Source: Macrostomum hystrix
Taxonomy: Eukaryota > Animalia > Platyhelminthes
DNA: 64,000 nucleotides
Direction of reading: 5' to 3'
NCBI GenBank assembly: GCA_950097015.1
Contig: CATNEN010000038.1
Coordinates: 9,858,001-9,922,000 of the forward strand
In this document: in pieces, positions 59,826-64,000 of the stretch
How the letters are laid out: the number at the start of each line of letters is the position of its first letter
Numbering within the stretch: position 1 is the stretch's first letter
Position numbers and translations under genes: made by a program
The notes under the pieces: model-generated
Databases searched by the model: none
What the model was told of the DNA's origin: nothing
Seen by the model: only the letters and a program-made list of their open reading frames with translations

Positions 59826-61120
59826 ATTTTGGTAAGATAATTAAAGACAAAGTTATCTCCCAGGTAGCAAATCCCCCTTAGGTTGACCATATAGTTATTG
59901 ATAGAAGTTACCATGTATTACTTTCTAAGAAATATGACAAAATACTTAAATTTCCTAGTTTGTTTTTATAGGCCTATGCTATAGAATTTGTTTAACTGAA
60001 TATGTCAAACTCAATTTTGCTATATATATACGTGCAAAATATGTCAACTAAAACTCTACAGTCCACTACTATAGGGCCTACAGAGGTTTGCTAAATATAT
60101 TGTAAGCAATTGTAAGAAGTTATTTTGTTTAAAATTTAACAGTGTTTGTGTCAATGATTGGTAATTAAAGCAAAGCTAATTTATTATAGAAAGTAAGATT
60201 CAGTTAAGGGAATTAAAGTAATAAGAGAAGAGAGAAATATATGTTGTGTCTGATTGGTACATCCAATCCATTGGAGCCTTTTTAAAGATTGGTTAAAGCC
60301 AATAATATATATAATTAAACGAGTAATTCTATAAAAAGTTTGGGTGTTTAAAGTGTCTTGCCGCTCAGGCACTTAATGATTCTCTACTATAGGACTTGAA
60401 TATATATATAAATAATGTGTTATACTTCCCTAATATTAATTATAAGCATACTGCAGTATATAAGATAAGTCATTTAGAAGCATAAGAAAGAACCCTACAA
60501 CATATGCACACCTATAAAATAATATAATACTTATAACAATATCACGATACTTAAGTACTAAGTAAGACACTTAGTTACAAAAATATTTACTTGATAAATA
60601 TATTTTACGTCTAAGCTACAAGAACGGTAGTACTAAATTCGGATTTGCTATATATATTTTCGTCCGTTTAATAAATACAGAATCATAATGCGAACGGTCG
60701 CAGTGATTGCGTAATCGCACCTCGCGCAGTCGGATTATTATAATTTCTTTTATTGAATCCACGGCATTTAAAGAAATATATAAACTTAGTGCTGACAAAG
60801 CGAAATAGCGCAATGAATAAGTTATCATATTATTAAACAGTAGCAATTGCGTTTTTATCTCCCCCGTTTTCTATTCTTTAGCAGTTTTTTAGCATAGTTT
60901 GTTTTATTAATGGTCGGGTTTTGAGACCTTTTTACGCGTATATAAAGTGTAATATTACGTGATTATATTACAAATCAGCACTATTGCTATTGACTTAACC
61001 ATTGGTTTAACGTGCTTGAATAGCAACGTTTGTATATAACATTTCAATAGTTATCACATGGTATTTTCAACGTGTCTATTTGCCTAAGCACTGCAGACGT
61101 TAAATATGAAAATTGTATTT

Positions 61121-61910
61121 TCAGCATTTCAGCACGTTTTTTAATTCAGCTTTGCTGCTTTTACCATTATATATTTTTATGTCCATTCTCCCTCTCATGA
61201 TTGCGAACTTTTTATTTTGTTTGTTTTTATTTATGCAATCTTTACAATAAATACAATAAAACCCGCCTGTAACAGCTCGGCAGCAGTCGTCGTTGCCATC
61301 GCCCAGATCGGCGCGCAGATTGCCCGGCACCACGGCGCCGTCCGAGAGGCGACGGAGAAGGCAGATCAGCACACCCGTCCAATTCAGGTCAGCCTCTCTC
61401 AGGGAGAGGCTGAGACAGGGGGAGGCAGCTGACACAGTGGAAGCTGAGACTGTGATCGAGGCTGAGACTTCCTACCTGGAGTCAAGGCCGTTGACAGTGG
61501 CCCTACACCAGCCGTCAGAGCCGCTGTGTGGATCCACAGCGTCGAGCTGGACTTGCCACACTGCCAGGCATATGTGGCGGTCAGAAGACGCCATTCAGGG
61601 AGGTACTTTTAGAGATACCCTAAAGAGATTTTAATTGTCTTCGCATGGTGGGAAGCCGAATCAGATTTCAAATACCCACTGCATGCTTATACTTCACGAT
61701 AGCTACCAAGCCGAATCACAGATTTTCGTAAAATTCGACGATCTGAATCAAAATTTTCTGCCCTTTACGACGAACTAACCTCCAAAGCAGACACACTTGA
61801 CTTCTGCCCGTAGCAGAAGGTCGGAGAGCAGGTCGCCAGTCAGGTCAGCAAAAAAGTTCCCGTTCGCCAGCGGTGGCACGTTCAGGAATGCTAAACGGAC
61901 ACTGTTGAAC
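61121..61910 (-). CDS. Partial multi-exon gene of uncertain identity (weak FG-GAP/ITFG1-like motif)
   Basis: Three GC-rich, phase-compatible GT-AG exons (61780-61910, 61476-61560, ~61121-61409) encode FNSVRLAFLNVPPLANGNFFADLTGDLLSDLLL...WQVQLDAVD...LREADLNWTG; both ends uncertain. Confidence 0.45.
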
Positions 61911-61981
61911 CTGCGGGCACATTAATCACTGCATGAGATTCAAAGATAATATCCATTACACTTTTTTTCACGACAAATATT

Positions 61982-62310
61982 GCAGCGGATTGTAGCCTAG
62001 TGGTTAGAGAGTCGGACTCACGACTTGAAGGTCGGTGGTTCGATGCCCGACTCCACTGGAAGAGTTTGTGCCCTTTAGTAAGACCTGTAACTCTGTTTTG
62101 TTTCAGTTCACGCAGCTGTTAAATGGGTGCCAGCATTAGCTCGGGTTATTGAGGTTGGGTGTGGTGTCCCCCCAGTCCATGGACTGAACAGCTGTACGCA
62201 GCCTTCAGATGCGCTGCGCAATAGCTGCTGCTGCACATGTGGCCCGATTTAGAGCAGATGTGCATGAATTGAAGGACGTAATAAATTATTACATATTATT
62301 ATTACTATTG
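61982..62310 (+). mobile_element. tRNA-derived SINE, family A (CORE-like body)
   Basis: A-box TAGCCTAGTGG, B-box GGTTCGATGCC, body gtgccctttagtaagac...ttcagttcacgcagctgttaaatgggt, (ATT)-rich tail. Confidence 0.7.
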
Positions 62311-64000
62311 CAAAGAAACAACTAAAAATGGTACCATGGCGCTTCCATACAATGTTTTTGGCCGAGAAAAACTGAAAGCACGCACACAAGATCACCGGAA
62401 ACGATTAAGGCAGCTGGAAAGCCAATGGGCTCGGTAAGCGCTTTTATCCAGAGGAACTACCTTCTGGAACCAGCCATGCCATTCATTTGCATTGTTAAGT
62501 TTAAAGGGTGCCAGCATCCCTATCCGGGGTGCTGGACCCGTGCATCAGCGTATAATTTGCTCTTGCACCATTATATTTATTTACGAATGAGTTTGCGATT
62601 AATTTAATTTATAAAACTTATGGTTCGAGGTATTATTGATGTATCTGATGGATTTTTCGAGATGAACATATGTGGAGAGTGTAACCAGAGTGTAACCAGC
62701 CATGCCATTCAAAAATCAGACTACTCAAGTAGTGCAAGAGAGTGCGTGCAACTACCGAGAAATCTAATTTTCGTAACCGCTAAGGAACACAAACATTCTT
62801 TATTTACTTAAACAGCTTATTTCAGAACTGTGGGAGCGAAAGTTGATTTCACCTCGACTAAACCTTTCGCATATTATATATTGTTGGATAGGGTAAACAG
62901 ACATTTAAAAAAGTATCATTCAACAAAATTATTTCATTTCACGTTACGATTCTAGTAAAAGAAGCATGTTATAGTTCACTACTAAATATCGAATGCGGTT
63001 GGTTAATTTAAGTTGTCGAATAAAAGAAAGATTTACGCTTAGATTTCTTTTATCGTGCTTTTGTTGCGCTACACAAAAAACTGGGACCATTTTAAAGTTA
63101 AAATGACCCCGTTATTTTATACAGTGCACGTATGACGTTCTGAAATTTATGACCAACTTTATGTCGCTTCGTTTCGACTCGTCCCTTAAATTTTATTGAC
63201 AACTCTATACTTAAAGCAACTTGACATATGCAGAGTTTGTATGCTCAACTTGCAATTAATCTAAATTAAAATTTTACAAAACATTTTGCATACTTCATTT
63301 TTATTATAAAGTAAAAAATATATAACTACCAGACTATACAGATACTTCACTCATGGCTTGTAAGTAATCGAAATTATTCCAATTAATTGATCAAAAAGTT
63401 TCGTTCCAGTTTGTGCATCGAAAAAATACTAATTTGTTATCGGCTTAAAAATTATATTTGAGATAGACTATAGAGTTTAAGGATATCAAAAAGTAATAAA
63501 ATCCTGAATAAAATATAAAGATTTATAAATAAAGATGAAAGATAAAATATTTTCCAATTAGGCCTATCTCTTTCTTAGTTGATGCTCTTGTGTCGTTCAT
63601 CTGGAAATGAAAATATAGAATATAATGATTTCATCCATAACTGTTCATATTCATATTTAGACAGACATTGCTATAGCATGCTTTGATTAGCAAAGGGTTT
63701 TTCATCTACTAGGCCTCTATTTATATTTAGAACTTTATATATTAGCTGACTAAATTATGTTTAATAAAGGTCAATTAAGTCTTTTTAGCTTAAACTAAAA
63801 AAGAAATTTGAAATACACATTTTACTAGTACTTTGTAGTCAAATAGATAGGTTTCAGCTTTTTTGTGTATTACTAAATTGTGGAGTTAAAAGGTAATGGG
63901 TAAACAGAACACAACAAAATGAGAATAATAAATAATTTTCTCTATTTCTGGAATGATGCTATGCCATGCTCATTATGCACATGCACATGTAGCTACGTAT

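Noticed and set aside
61982-62056. tRNA gene
   Set aside because: A and B boxes are present, but there is no clean acceptor stem and the sequence continues into a SINE body with another partial copy in the window.
63070-63128. Short imperfect palindrome resembling a mini-MITE (similar text at ~840-895)
   Set aside because: Too short and degenerate, with no TSD.

Overview
Eukaryotic (animal) genomic DNA. GC-rich exons full of Q/A/G homopolymers, minisatellite-filled introns and AT-rich spacers suggest a free-living flatworm such as Macrostomum (inference, not proven). All genes are on the minus strand. From right to left: a partial unidentified multi-exon gene (~61.1-61.9 kb); intronless SART1/Snu66 (55657-58056); FGGY carbohydrate kinase (5 exons, 51156-54344); Trio/UNC-73-type RhoGEF (12 exons, 30909-46720; Sec14-spectrin-DH/PH-SH3-DH/PH, no kinase domain); and STIM, the ER Ca2+ sensor (12 exons, 915-24527). 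I reconstructed the exon chains by hand from GT-AG boundaries with consistent phase. Almost every intron longer than ~200 nt carries its own unrelated minisatellite, the largest an 8.3 kb 20-mer array with higher-order structure, and several repeat units contain splice-signal motifs on the sense strand. The spacers instead hold TIR transposon derivatives (Mutator-like, Merlin, MITE-like) and recurrent TAGGCCTA palindromes. The 5'-most recognisable coding exons of FGGY and Trio have no in-frame ATG and start at phase-0 acceptors, which fits an initiator AUG donated by a trans-spliced leader. Most long ORFs in the supplied track are artefacts of tandem repeats.
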